This document shows positions 21,168-35,126 of a DNA stretch of 64,000 nt, piece after piece. A program made the translations under genes and the position numbers. The stretch's first letter is position 1. Each line of letters begins with the position of its first letter. Source of the stretch: Amoebidium appalachense (taxonomy: Eukaryota > Protista > Ichthyosporea); the NCBI GenBank assembly GCA_963693365.1, contig CAVNZM010000011.1:1426001-1490000 (forward strand), in the 5' to 3' direction. Under the pieces are notes generated by a model. That model was not told where the DNA came from, did no database searches, and worked only from the letters and a program-made list of their open reading frames with translations.

Positions 21168-21405
21168 AGTGCAAATCATGGATTAGTAAGTGTAGACTAA
21201 TTGTATTGGAAACCACATAAATTCAAAACGCATGCACGGTCGTGATTTTCAGGGTACCCAAACGGGTTGCTTGCCCGATAATAATTAATATCACGTTGTT
21301 GGCTTCATACTGACTCAGCGACATGTGAATATGACCTGCTCATCACATGTAGTGAACGGCTTAAGAAACACACAACGAAAATTCGACACACACACAGACA
21401 CACAC

Positions 21406-21499
<94 letters not shown>

Positions 21500-21628
21500 C
21501 CCCCCCCCCCCCCCCTCCCCCCTTCCCCCCCCCCTCTCTCTCTCTCTCTCTCGGCTCTCTCTCTCTCATTCTATCTCTCTCTCCGATCTCTAGATCTCTC
21601 AATCCCCCCCCCCCCCCCCCCCCCCCCC

Positions 21629-21663
<35 letters not shown>

Positions 21664-21758
21664 AACCCCCCAACCCCCCCCTCCTCCCCCATTCCCCTTC
21701 CCCTCCCCTCGCTACATATACCCAAAAAAAAAAGAAAGAAAGGAAAAAAAAAAAAAAA

Positions 21759-21818
<60 letters not shown>

Positions 21819-21911
21819 AACCCAGCCAATTCATAAACGTATCACTTTGTATGGCATAGTTGTAGTGGGAAACTTTCAATATGCAGACAGCACCCGACGA
21901 GTCATCATTCA

Positions 21912-21959
<48 letters not shown>

Positions 21960-22933
21960 CCCCGCCGATCAAAGAAAGCGGGTTCACGGTCCCAAGTGAC
22001 TGGTGACCTATCCAGATCCGGTTGTTTACTAAGCACGGTTAAGAAGGGGGCGGGCCGGGGGGTGAGGGGGGCGGAAGGGAGGGGGTGCGGGGAAGGGGAA
22101 GGGGGGGGGTGGGGTGAGGGGGGACCGGGTCACTACCCATCCAGAGAGAAGGGAGGGAAAGGGGGCAGGACCCACCACCCAAGAGGGGAGGGGAGAGGGG
22201 GAGGGGGGAGGGGTGAGGGGGGAGACCCACTACCCACCCGAGTAGGTGGCTGATCCATCCCCTGATGGCTCCTATGGACAACATACCATGACAGTTCAGA
22301 TAGTCACCTGATATCAATTGGCACCCTGCGCTCGTACACGCTTCTTATAGTTTGTAACGTCAAGGAGTACATAATCAATTATACCTAAACGCTGGCATGA
22401 AACATGAACCTGGAAATCTTACTTTCTTGATAAAGCACTTACCTCATCATGAATATGTCGATTAGTACTGCGTGGTTGATACTGCCCCCCCCCCCCCCCC
22501 CCCTCCCCCCCCCCCTCCCATTTCCAACCCCCCCTCTCCCCCTCCCCGGCCCACTCCTGGCACACACCCTTCCCCCTTCCATCCCCTTCCTTTCGCTCAG
22601 TCTACCTCCCCTGCTCCCCCCTCCTCCCCTTCTCTCCCCGTCTCCCGTCTCCCAACACCCCCTGGTATCTTTCACAATGCCGGGCTTACTTCTTCCGGGG
22701 TGACTCAATATACATAAGATTTGCCCCCGTTCCCTCTCCTCGACTCGCTTAAAGTTCCCGTACGACGTCCAATAAGCCCTTAAAGTTTCAATAGCAAGGG
22801 TACATACGTTCGCTTCTCTAACATATACATGGGCCACTGAGTTATAAAACAGCTGTCATCTGTTCTAGCATATTGCATAATGTGTGCCCATCCCATAGTA
22901 GGGTTCCGGTATTAGAGTTCTACCTAGTTACCG

Positions 22934-22968
<35 letters not shown>

Positions 22969-24138
22969 GGGAGGGGGGAGGGGGGCGGGGGAGGGGGGGG
23001 GTTCTAACATGGTGTGGTGGGGCTGTGGGGTTCAAGTGAGGGTTGTGGAGTGCACGTTGCATCTCGTATTGTTTAGTGTTGTGGTTGCTGTTATGACATT
23101 TGTCTGTTATATGTTGTGGGTTGCACTCTGCTTTACGGTGTGTGTTTCTGCATTTGGGGCAAGCCAATCGCGTATGGATGGGGGTTTTCTGTTCGGGTAC
23201 TATGCCTGGTTTTTTCTCCGGGTGGCTGTTTTGGTTTTGTGGGTTTTGTGTTTAGTTCGGGGTTGGGGATTCGGATCTATCACACTAAACAGATGCCCAG
23301 GGTAGCACAGGCACTTCGAGTCACGCTTTACTCACGAACCGTTGAACGCACGCACACAAGCACACACACACGCTGCGACACATGCAAACACAAATGTCAC
23401 ACACGCAGGCACACACACACACACACTCCCGAACACACCCGCTAAGCATACAGTTAGCGCGCACATGCGCACACTTTCTCTTGCCCAATTTATATCTTTA
23501 ACTCCTCATACCCCTCAGAGTCCCCCCCTCCCCTCCCCCCAGGGGATTCCCAAAGTCTCCCCCCCCTCCCCCCACCCCCCTCCCCCCTCCCCCCTTCCCC
23601 CGCTACCCCTCCCCCGGATCCCCAATGTCTCTCTCTCTCTCTCTCCACCACATCTCCCTCTTTCTCCCCCTCTCCCCTCTCTGGTGCATACACTGCAGTG
23701 GATGCATGTCTCATAAACACAGATACACACACATGTCACAGCAGCCTGAGATTGAGACGCTCACGTGTGCACGGTCCTAAGCAGACACAAGTTAGTACCC
23801 GAGGGGGACTGGGGGGGGGAAGGGGGGGGGAGGGGGGGGGGGGGGCGCCGGGGGGCACCACCCCCCGGGGGCACCACCCCCCGAACAGGTGGCCCCCATT
23901 CCCCTTAGGAGAAAGAGGGGGGGGGGGAAGGGGGAGGGGGGGGGGGGAGGGGGGGGGAGGGACCGGACCATCAGGAGAATTTACCATTTTCTAAATCTAC
24001 TGCCCCTGCCCCCTTCTATAGTGTCCGTCTGCAGAGAAGATCCTACATTTTGGGGGTGGGGGAAGCACATTCTAACTTACGGCCCAAGTATGCCCGCAGT
24101 AATAAGGACTTAATACATACATGAACGTATGTTCTTAC

Positions 24139-24306
24139 AGAAAGGGCCATTGCAGCGCAAGCCGACCCATTCAGAAAAACTCCCGTATTCCAGATGTCCA
24201 GAATCTTTCTGGTATTAGTTTCGAGAATTGTTCCAAGATTTTCTAATGCCCCACCCAGGCTCTTAGTCCCAGTCTTAAACCCCCCGATATGCAACAGCAT
24301 ATGCAT
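24139..24306 (-). other. Sulfotransferase-like exon (PAPS-binding 5'-PSB motif); rest of gene not resolved, possibly a pseudogene
   Basis: MHMLLHIGGFKTGTKSLGGALENLG matches the hxhGxxKTGTxSLxxALxxLG N-terminal motif of sulfotransferases. The ORF reaches a gtaaga donor in phase 0. Confidence 0.45.
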
Positions 24307-24761
24307 ATGGCTGGATATGTGCAGGTGGCGACACTTTCTGCTCTTCGATTTTCTTCTGCCTTTTTATTGATTTGATCACCTTATGATTGTACCTCCCAGT
24401 TCATTGGTTTGTACATTTTATTATTGGTTCTACACTAATTAGATAGGCAGCGACTGTACCCAGTCATAGCTTCGTTCAGATTGTTAATAATAAGCAAATT
24501 TACATCTAGATAATAAGTCTTCATATTCGGTATTTATGGGGATGGGGATGGCTAAAAAAAACATCATGATCATGAAGTAGGGTATGAGCAAAGTTAGTTA
24601 GAAGGCTGACTAGCTAGGCTCTGAAGGATTCTTCTTCCTCTACATACATCCATCTAAATTCTGTAAGAAAGTCTCGCGTAGTTTTTTTCGACATATGTGT
24701 GGCAATACTACCCTCGACCTCATTTGTGGCAATACTACCCTCGGCCTCATTTATATCACAT

Positions 24762-25111
24762 TCAGGCGATTTCTTTCTTTGAATCTGCGGGCCGGGCCAC
24801 GGTGTCCTGTGTGATGATGCCACCCTCGACCTCGTTCGTGTCTGACTCGAAGTTGTCGTGGAAGTCCTCCTTGCAGATGGGGTCCGTGAGCCGTCCCTGT
24901 GTGCCGCAGTGTGAGTATCACACGTAATGTGTGTGTGTGTGAATTTGAGAAGGCGGGCGGGCGGGCAGGGGGGGGGGGGGGGAGGGGGCGGGGGAGGGAT
25001 GGGGTGAAGGGAGGGGCTGGATATGTATGAGTGCACACGCAGAGTGCAAGTTTCACAGCTCGAAGGGCCGTAGCCTCGGATTGAGCACTGGAACTGGCCA
25101 ACATTTGTGTG

Positions 25112-25144
<33 letters not shown>

Positions 25145-25151
25145 GCGGGGG

Positions 25152-25185
<34 letters not shown>

Positions 25186-26968
25186 GGGGGAGGGGGGGGG
25201 GGGAGGGGGGGAGAGGAGGAGGAGGAGTCACGTACCCTGGGAATGAGCACAAAGGTAGCGGGGATGGCGATGCAGATGGGCATGATGATGTGGCCAATAG
25301 CAATCAACAAAGACAGCTTGTCGTACGTGCAGGGGCCCTCCTCCGTCATGTCCACACCAAAGGCTGAGATCAGATACACACCAATGGACCGGGACACACT
25401 CTGTGGACGGTTGGCTAGGGTCAGTAAGAGAGAAAACATACACAGAAAATACATGCATAGGCCGAGCCTATCCCACAACCCCGAGGCCCATAGTGAGGGC
25501 ATGAATGTGTTGTGCGTGCCCGTGCCGGGTGGGTGGGTGGGTGTGGGTTGGGCGGGCGGGGAGGGGGGGGGGGGGGGGGGGAGGGGGAGGGGGGAGGGGG
25601 GGGGGGAGTAATGTTTCAGGAAACCAGATGAAGAAAGAAATGCAAGGGTGAAGGAGTGGGTGGGGGTCAGCCCACCTGCCCGAAGTTGCTGAAGCCGGCC
25701 AGCAGGGCGTAGAGGGTCGATTCCATGCCCTTGGGGCACAGCTTGGAGATCAGCACCACGGCAGGCATGAAGTTGATCATGTACACCACGTTGTACACGA
25801 TGTTGTAGCCTGCAGGGGCAGTGTGAGTGCAACTTCAATGCATAACACTAGGGTGGTTCCTACAGTACTACGTATGTGGTTGCCCTTAATGTGTCTTACC
25901 CCGTGCTTATAAGTAGGCATGTGGGTTGCTTTTTTTTTTTTTTTTAAAGGGGGCGGGGGTTTGAATGCGTCAAAACGTACGAAGTACACAAGAACAAACG
26001 GATAACACGATGCAGAATGCAAGCCATACATAAAGAGCATGCATATTAAGCAGAGCCCATCCTCAGGGGGGGCCCACGTCATCCACAGTACCCGAGTTTC
26101 GACCTATTCACCTCGTTAACGAAACCCAACTCAGATACTGTTTCACTTGAACATGGGTAGGTCACCCGTCTTAATCAGAGACGAGCAGGGTTGCTTATGC
26201 AGGCAAGGGCAGTGGGAAAGGCCGGGGGTTAAAGTTGCAGCAGTAAGCAGAAGCAAGAAAAATATATGGGGGGGGGGAGGGGCGGGGGAGAGTGGCAGTG
26301 GTACGTACCGAGCATGTACATGACCTTGTCGCTAATGCCGATCTTGATGTTCCAGCGCTCGACCATGATGATGTCCACAAGACCCGCCACGGCCTGCAGC
26401 AGCGTGCTCACCCAGAAGCAGGGCCGGAACTCCCACTCGGACATCCAGGACTGGGGGGGGGGGGGGGGGGGGGGGGGGATTAGCCTTAAACAAATACAGA
26501 AACAAGCTCGCGTGTACATCACAAGCATGCGCACAGAGAAGAGAAGAGAAAAGCGGGAGAGACCAAGAAATCTACTTCCACCAGCCGGGCCATCACCGTG
26601 TTTTTGTGCGCATGCATGTGAGCACACGTGTGTCCATGTATGCTTGTGAGCAGGGAGTGCCAGCACACACCTGGAACAGGGCCACACCAATGAAGCCGGC
26701 AAAGGACTGCACGATGCCCGACCATAAGATGTAGTAGTCCATGTCGAAGGCAGGGCCATCGGGCACACAGTCGTGGCCTGGGGCAAAGGCGGGGATTTGA
26801 GTACACATGTGTGGTGGGTGGATTCATGGGGGAGGGGGGGGGAGGGCAGGTGGTGTCAAAAGATGAGGCAAGAGTGGGCTGCCATGTGCAAGAGTTCGTA
26901 CATATCACAATCTGAGGTGGGAGTCATTAGCGGCACGGGGTGGGGTGGGTGGGTGGGGGGGGTGGGGT

Positions 26969-27003
<35 letters not shown>

Positions 27004-29918
27004 TACTTCCAATGTAGAAGACATCGAGGACACTGAGCTGCACGTACACGGCCATGGTCAGGAACAGGTACGTGTTGGCCTTGGCCACCCCTGTCGGTAG
27101 CAGCTTGAACGACGATGCAATGATCACCGCACTGATGCCTAGCGCATACAGGAAGACTTGGGGAGGGGGAGGGGGAGGGTTAGTTTGGGGAGAGTAAGGG
27201 AGGGATGGGAGGGTCCCAAAGGCCCTAATAGTAGGAGAAGAATGCGAAGGGAAGAGTGACCGACGTTTCTTTTTTTTTTTTGGACACGGCTAAATGTAAG
27301 TTTCAATATTGTTGAAACGGCCGTGGTTTGTGATTCAAAGTGCAGGAGCTAAAGTTTAGCATGCATCAAACATGAGGTGTAGGGGGGGGGGGGGGGGGAG
27401 GGGGGGGGGGAGGTCTTACTAGGTAGCTGGCCCAGGTAGATGCTCTTCTCATTGAGGGATTTGCGCCAGAACTTGTTGTTGAGCAGAGAGATGATGGCCA
27501 GGCCCAGGGCACCAAAGCCCATGATCAGCGCCAGGGTGAAGATCTTCCGGTGGCGGTTCCATTTTTGGTATTGGATCCCCCGCTGGCCGATAGGAAGGGG
27601 CTGCTCACCTAGCCAGTTGAGGACGATTGGGATGATGATTTGCACTGGCGGGAAGGGGGGAGGGGGGGGGAGGGGGGGGGGGGGGGGAAGGGGGAGGGGG
27701 AGGAAAAGGGGAGAAGGATCAGTACTAGTGAAGAGTCGCGCAAAGCACGTAGCAAACACAAGGCCCTGTAAGCTAACACATGCTCCGCAAATAAATGCAT
27801 GCTCATGGATGCATGATATTGCACTGTGACATGCGTGATAAAACACAGGAACAGGCAAGGACTTACCGGAGAGGGGCAAGGAGGTGAGGAACATGGCCTT
27901 GAGGTACCAGGGGTTCTCCGTGTCCTCATAGGCCTTGGACAGTTTGCCCACTACGATGGTGGCCACCAGGGCACCCAGCATGTAGTTCATCCACACCCAT
28001 GACACTACGTCACTGCTGGTCTCGGGGTGCTGGGGTTGGGACATGGGCCTTGGTTAGATGTGCGGCATTATGGTAATAATTAGATGTGCTGCAATATGGT
28101 AATAGCATTTTTGCAAATTCTGGAAGCTTGATATTTTTGGGGGGAGTCTAGCAATCGTGGGGAATTTCACCGTATCAGACCTATGGATATATTATGCTGG
28201 TTGGTAAGGAATATAATTGCACATCAAAAGCCTGGAACTCTCAATGTATTGGACGTATTTCTCTTAATATGAGTAGGGAATAAAAGACGAAACCTCACCT
28301 TCACCATCAGCTCGGCATATCTGCCCTCGGTCAGCAGATCAACCAGAGCCACCTGGAAGTTTCCAATGAAGAACATGATGGCCACAAGCGTGCCCAACTC
28401 GGCGCTAAAGTCAACAACTGCACGTGCACGTTGCCATGGTTACCATCACGTGACTAGTATGATTTATAATGATAGGACCCGAACAGTTGGCCAGCCATGC
28501 AGTGTTCAAGTACACTCCACGTGCACATGAATTAATGCATGCACATGAGTTAATGCATGCATTGTCTCCTAATCGGTGCCACACAGGGCCACAGAAGCAG
28601 CCTAAAACATTGCCCAAAAGGGAAGGAGGCAACATTGTGGTTGGTTGGGTACTTACAGCCCAGGATGAGATAGCAGACCGAGCACAGGACGGAGATGATG
28701 AAAATCCACCAGCGCTTGTTGTAGCCTGCAAGGAAGGGTCATGGGGTGAGATCATGGCATCTAGTCCCTTCATTTTTTACAGGCTATGTTTGAGAGCACA
28801 CACGCACATCCCCGGAAACACCCACACAAGTTTTCAGGCAGTAACGAGACACACTGACCATGACAAAGCGGGACTAAAACAAGGAGCTGGACAGCTTGAA
28901 CAGTGGCAGGTTCGTGGTTCACGGTGTCGTGTGGGTGTGGGGGGGAGGGAGAGGGGGAAGGGGGTGGGGGTCGATACCCATAATGGGGATGACGTCGGAG
29001 GCCACGCCCATGAAAGCCTTCATGGACCAGGGGGTGGAGGCCACCGTGCCGTAGATCTGATAGGACTTGCCGTCAACCTGGGGAGGGGGAGGGGGGGGGG
29101 GGGGGGTTAGCTTCACACTATTGTGGCTGTATATAATATTGTACAAGACAAATGTAATGCATGTAATATTGTTCAAGACATAAATTTAGGTATGCAGCCT
29201 TGCATAGCGTACAACTGACATATCGCAAAAAAAGGCCTTCAGAAGGAAACGTGCACACAGTAAAAAGCAGCCACTCACCTTCATGAACATAAGCAAATAT
29301 GGTAACTGGGCCGATGCCAGCAGCTGATAAAGGAAACCCTTAACGAACAGGTAGGCCGACACGAGGTGCAGGAGGAAGCGCCAGCCAAACACATCATTTA
29401 GCCGCTTGAGGTAGAAGTAGCTGTTGTAGTAGGGCTTCTTGAAGAGGAGAAGACTAAGCCGCCTGCGGGCCGAGATTGGATGATATTAATTATTATTAGG
29501 CGACGGGTTTTAGTTTTTTTCGAATGCAGAACGGTTGCTTAGACTAACAAAGGTCACACAGACCTCTACAGTAGTAATGGTGTGCGAGTAAGGAAATTGA
29601 CAAGCAGGAATTGGATGTAAAAGGAACGTGCTTCGAGTCAAGATTCAACTGCACATATGTTACGTCTGCAGAGGCTTGGTGGAGCCAAACGACCGAACAG
29701 TGAACGAGGGCAAAATGCCACACAGTGTTGTGTTTGCTTTACGGAGTGCATACGGTGGAGCCCATTCCCCAGAGGGGGCTCAAGTCATTCGCAATACCCT
29801 GCTTTAAACCCAGTCACCTAACATGACGAACCCAGTTAGATCATGCTTCTGCGTACGAGAGGAGGAGGGGAGGAAGGGGGTAGGAGAGGCTGAGTGTGTG
29901 TGTGTGTGTGTGTGGGTG

Positions 29919-29949
<31 letters not shown>

Positions 29950-30055
29950 TACTCTCCGAAGCTGGTCGGCTCTAGGGGCATGTAGTACCATTCTGGGTGA
30001 TCCCTTTTGTACTGCTCAAATACCTCCGCATCATTCCTGTGTGTGTGTGTGTGCG

Positions 30056-30089
<34 letters not shown>

Positions 30090-30500
30090 CCACATGGTGG
30101 TGAGTAATAAACCGCAAATCGCGCCAGCTGATTCGACTCTGTCACACTGCAATCCGGATGCATATTTAGTTTATGCATACACACCGTGTGCTCTTGAAAC
30201 GTGTGTGCATATGCCACATACAGTACTAGTAGCACAGTGTGTGCTCGTGTGTGTGTGCTTGCGTATTTTTCTTTTTTTTTTTTTGCAATATATATGCTAT
30301 GGCGTGATTAGGTTGTGTGCACCACATGATTGTGCAGCTGCAGTGGTCTATTTAAATATGTTGATGGCACACAAGAATGGGAATGTTAATGGCTGGCAAG
30401 AGGGGCCTGCAGGGAGGAGGGTACTCATATGCAGTGATGGCATGGGAGGGATTGCTTACGTGGCCGCGGCCCCAGTTGAGACACCACCACCACTTCCCAT
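24762..30500 (-). CDS. Folate/biopterin transporter, BT1 family (MFS), 14 exons, ~605 aa
   Basis: All junctions GT-AG and phase-compatible: 30460-30500, 29953-30036, 29279-29462, 28978-29077, 28657-28725, 28299-28417, 27867-28029, 27420-27644, 27007-27156, 26671-26777, 26309-26450, 25676-25809, 25236-25400, 24762-24896. Motifs PWSMKAFMGVASDVIPIMGYNKRW, DLLTEGRYAELM, CVPDGPAF, RWNIKIGISD and MPAVVLISKLCPKGMESTLYALLAGFSNFG. Confidence 0.93.
25960..26266 (-). mobile_element. 5'-truncated retroelement copy B (in BT1 intron)
   Basis: Near-identical to ~39293-39599. 3' end ...gacgcattcaaa is followed by cccccgcccc, and a similar C-rich sequence precedes the 5' end (degenerate TSD). Confidence 0.88.
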
Positions 30501-30881
30501 TATGAACTTGAAACAGTCGCGTCTCAAGGGAACCTGTGTGAAAGAACGGCTGGTATCTGGAACTGGGTCCCGAGATGTCCGACTCCGCAGGCTCCAAACT
30601 TTGCCGGCTGGGTTGGTGTCGGTGAGCCGTTGCCATGCCTTTTTATAAGCGGTGGGAGAGGGGTAAAGTGGTGGCAAAGTGCCAATAGCCAATCCGGTAC
30701 GGCTTATGTTGAAACGTGCCGTCTTGGATTGGCCCAATACTCGCAGTACCAGGGTTAGAACTTTAGTCCAACAGGGGTATGTATTGCGCAACTCGGACGC
30801 ACCACAGGTCTTTTGTACATGTCGGGTGGATCCATCATGTGACAGGTGCAGATGAATGTTACATGTATACATACATATATG

Positions 30882-30912
<31 letters not shown>

Positions 30913-33888
30913 TGAGAATCTATAACTGAGGGTTCAAGGTTGAAAACCCGAAGTTCGAATATTCGACAGCGCTAGCTAGCTGATCATCGCAAGCGTAAAA
31001 TGCGTATTACTGCGCAAGCGGCTGACATGTTAGCCATTACCGGTGCCTAGTTTGTCTGGCACCAGTGGGAATGTAGTTCCATGTACACAACATGGAAAGC
31101 AAACAAATATAGTATTATGGGGGCAGAATAATTAATAAAAAGCAGCAAAGGCAGCTGGGGTCCAGTATATAAAGCGGTAGGCCTGGCAATAAGCATGCAT
31201 CGAGTCATGAGATCAAATAGAACTTGAGTTATGGCATCCCCAGGTGGCACATTCTTCTTTCGACAAGAATTCGAAGCGGAAAATTTATGCAGCCGCCGCC
31301 AGCCGGCCGGCTGCCAGCGAGATAGCCAGCAAGTCCAACAGCAAGTCACAGCGACTAAATGGAAACAACATGATGCAGCAAAATGATATGACAACATAAT
31401 CTTTTTCTTTTGTTTCCTTGCATTAACTCACATGGCCGCGGCCGCAAGTGGTCCATTAACATACTGTATTACTGTGCTTTAAGCCTCCTTTTTAACCAAT
31501 CACAGTCGCGTTTCGCACTACTTGTTCATTGGCCACGAGGAGCTTGCGCAAATGTTTCACGCCAAATATAGCGACTGAAATCTCCTCTGATCAGGCTGGG
31601 CATACAAGCTTGGCTCTGAGGCTGTGTTGATCGTGGTATGAGAAATCGAAATAATACTGTATTAGGGTATAAGGGGTTTACACACGTTTTATTGCGTGGA
31701 CACTGCCGGAGGCCCAGCCACGGGCTGCCACATTCGACGGCCTACTGCGTTTTCCAGCGCAGCCAATCAAATGCAGCCAGTGACATATGTACATGCTAGG
31801 CAACAATGAGCGCCATCGTAGTATATGACACCCCTATTACATATTATGGATAAGCAGAGGCTAGCATCGGTAGCTCCGAAAGAAAGTTAAGGCACCGGAT
31901 CACAATATCAGAATAATGTACCTATATACGTGTAGCCAGTATATAGTTGCACACGTGCACGTGGTTGCTACTGCGAGGAAGAAAAAAGGGGAGGGGGGGG
32001 GACTCCCGGCCACACGCGCACATCATCAGAGGGGCAGGCCGCCCATGGAGGTGGAGGGGAAGGGGGGGCGGGGCGGGGGGGGGGGTCTTTCCCCATGATA
32101 CTGTATGTCATTGAATTTCTATTAACCCCGAAAACTTTTAAAAAAGTACCCAGCGCCCACGCGTACGCCAGCCGCGGGGCCGAGCTCTGGATGGCTCACT
32201 GGCGGGCCTACTTCAGGTACCCATGGCCAGATGGTACGGCCATGGTGTTTCTAGATGGCCGTGTTCAGGTATAATAGATGTCATCACCAATGGAGGCTGG
32301 CAGCCGAATCACTGAATTGATCCGGATTTAAGCCGATATATTTATATATATGGTTGTACATCGAATGTCATACAATATATCAGCTGTACACAATGATTTT
32401 AATATTGGCGCAAGCTCCGGATCCGAGCAACTTGCAATTGAAATAGTATTGCGCGGCAGTGTCTAAAGAAGCATGATGCTATAGCATACATGTATACTCG
32501 CAGGGCCGTGATCCGTGAGTGTGACGGTATGAAAACATTCGAGGATGATTTCCGATTCGCTGCTTTTGCATCCACAAATTCAGGGTGTGAAATTAGATTA
32601 TCTGTGTTCTGTCCACTTGTAATGATATTCCCGACACCCTTTTCTCCAAACAGCCTCCGCCCCAGTGTTGTTACTTACAGGAGTGCCCCTATCAAACAGC
32701 CAGTACATATTAAGTACAGTAAGTGATTGAACCAATAATAATAGTAATTCTAAAACAAGTCACTAAGGCCACGGCAAGTCCGCGAACTCGTGCCGGTTGC
32801 GCCCGGCCCGGTAAGGGCCCTAACTGTTCCGTTCCGTGACCCGTGACCTTGGCGAATGCCGCAGGATGAGGCAACTTCAAGTCGCCACCTTTTCCTTGTC
32901 ACGACTCACGAGTTGGCAACTGAATGCATCCACTATGTATCCATATGCATAGCTCTATCTTCTTATAATAATCTCCCCCCCCCCCCCCCCCCCCCCCCCC
33001 CTCCCCGACGAAACCCATAGCTTTGTCCTCCTATGGACCACTTTGGATCTATAATAGGCCGATCTGTGGAATGCGGCTCTGGAGCCATAGGGCCTTCCCG
33101 TGTGCAGACTGCGCAGCCGCGTTTTCCGTGCGAAACTTACAACACCTACAAGAACTGAAGCGACTCTATCTAACCTACTTTAAGCTAGTATAAGCGCACT
33201 TTTAGAGTAGTGAGTAATTGTATATGACACAAATAACAACAGTTTAAAATATTGGTTAAACAATCAAAAGCCCCGCACGCACATGCCTGCTCATCAGCAG
33301 AGCTGCAGTCTACCTCCGGAGTCTAGATCTGTGGCCACGTGGTGGTATGGTGTGTGGTTCACGGAACTATGGTTAGAAGACGCCGCGACGTGGCCCAGTA
33401 GAGTGAAAAAAGAACCTATAAGAGCCAAAGGTTATGCAGAGACCACTTTAACCCGGTCACTGCAACTTTTTTTGTGTCATCGACAACAAGCCACTACACC
33501 TCAAACCTGTTACCGGAGCTTGTCCCACTGTACGCCCGTTCTAGAAGGTGCAAACAGTGGGGTTTTGGTGCTACCACTCAGAAGAAGCCAAATAAACATG
33601 ACTTGGTTGTTCAGGCATAGGCTCAAGTTTGTCCCACCCCCATCATGCTCAACTTATACACTGCCCATAACCACCCACCTGCCCGCCCCTGACTGCATGG
33701 GAAGGCCCGCCCGTACTAGTCCCCCCTCTACACAACTAACTTAGGCAAGAACACCGGGCCGTAAGAAACACACACACACATACAAACAAAAATACACACA
33801 AACACACACACACACACGCACACACGCACACACGCACACACACATGTCGTACACACACACACACACACAGACACACACACACCAGAGT

Positions 33889-33928
<40 letters not shown>

Positions 33929-33937
33929 ACGAGAGAG

Positions 33938-34006
<69 letters not shown>

Positions 34007-34311
34007 CCGTGACACACACACACACATAAACACACAAATAACTACATGTAAACAAGGCAGCTTGACCTCGCTCACTTCAACACTTCTTACACAGATCTGT
34101 TACCTTCTCCATATCGACCCCACCTTCCCCAGCCGCCCCACCCAAACCCCACTTTTGCCCGCCAGCCCCCCCCCCCCCCCCCCCCCCCTTTCCGAAGTTC
34201 CTTATGCCTTCCTTCCTCCCCCTTCCTCCCTCCCCCACCACCACCTCCCTCCCTAGGCACCTACAAGAGAGGCGGGGCAACAAGGTGCCCCTGGCGAGGG
34301 GAGGGAAAGAA

Positions 34312-34344
<33 letters not shown>

Positions 34345-34455
34345 GAGGGTCCCGAGAGGGAAGGCTAGGAAGAGGACCGTGAGAGCATAACAACGTACAC
34401 CTTCACTGACGTCGACATACACTCACACCTGAACGCGTGTGCGCGCGCGCGCGCG

Positions 34456-34499
<44 letters not shown>

Positions 34500-34556
34500 G
34501 ACAAACACGTGACACATACTCTAACAAACACCCACCCACGGGATTGAAACACACAC

Positions 34557-34601
<45 letters not shown>

Positions 34602-34664
34602 AGACACACACACACAGACAAACACACGACACATACTCTAACAAACACCCACCCACCGGATTGC

Positions 34665-34754
<90 letters not shown>

Positions 34755-34936
34755 ACACACATATACGCACACACAAAGAATACACACACAGACGTGTGCA
34801 TACACACACGTGCACGCAAGGGCACACACACACACACACACAAGCATATACAGACGCCTAAGTGTACGCGTGCACAAATACACACGCAAACGTGACACAA
34901 TCACTCACACACACACACAAACACACACACACACAC

Positions 34937-34938
<2 letters not shown>

Positions 34939-35017
<79 letters not shown>

Positions 35018-35050
35018 TCTCGTTCTCTCTCTCTCTCTCTCTCTCTCTCC

Positions 35051-35121
<71 letters not shown>
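34939..35121. repeat. Fold-back microsatellite: (GA)n followed directly by (CT)n
   Basis: gagagagcgag-ct-ctcgttctctct centre near 35015; the arms are mutually complementary. Confidence 0.85.

Positions 35122-35126
<5 letters not shown>

Noticed and set aside
22433-22446. U1 snRNA-like ACTTACCT
   Set aside because: Simply the reverse complement of a 5' splice site; no U1 body follows.
28430-28443. RFX X-box-like GTAACCATGGCAAC in a BT1 intron
   Set aside because: A single match next to a splice acceptor and far from a promoter; chance cannot be excluded.
30352-30636. ORF MATAHRHQ... as BT1 exon 1
   Set aside because: It ends in phase 0 and would hit an immediate stop in exon 2; the ATG at 30500 gives the required phase 2.
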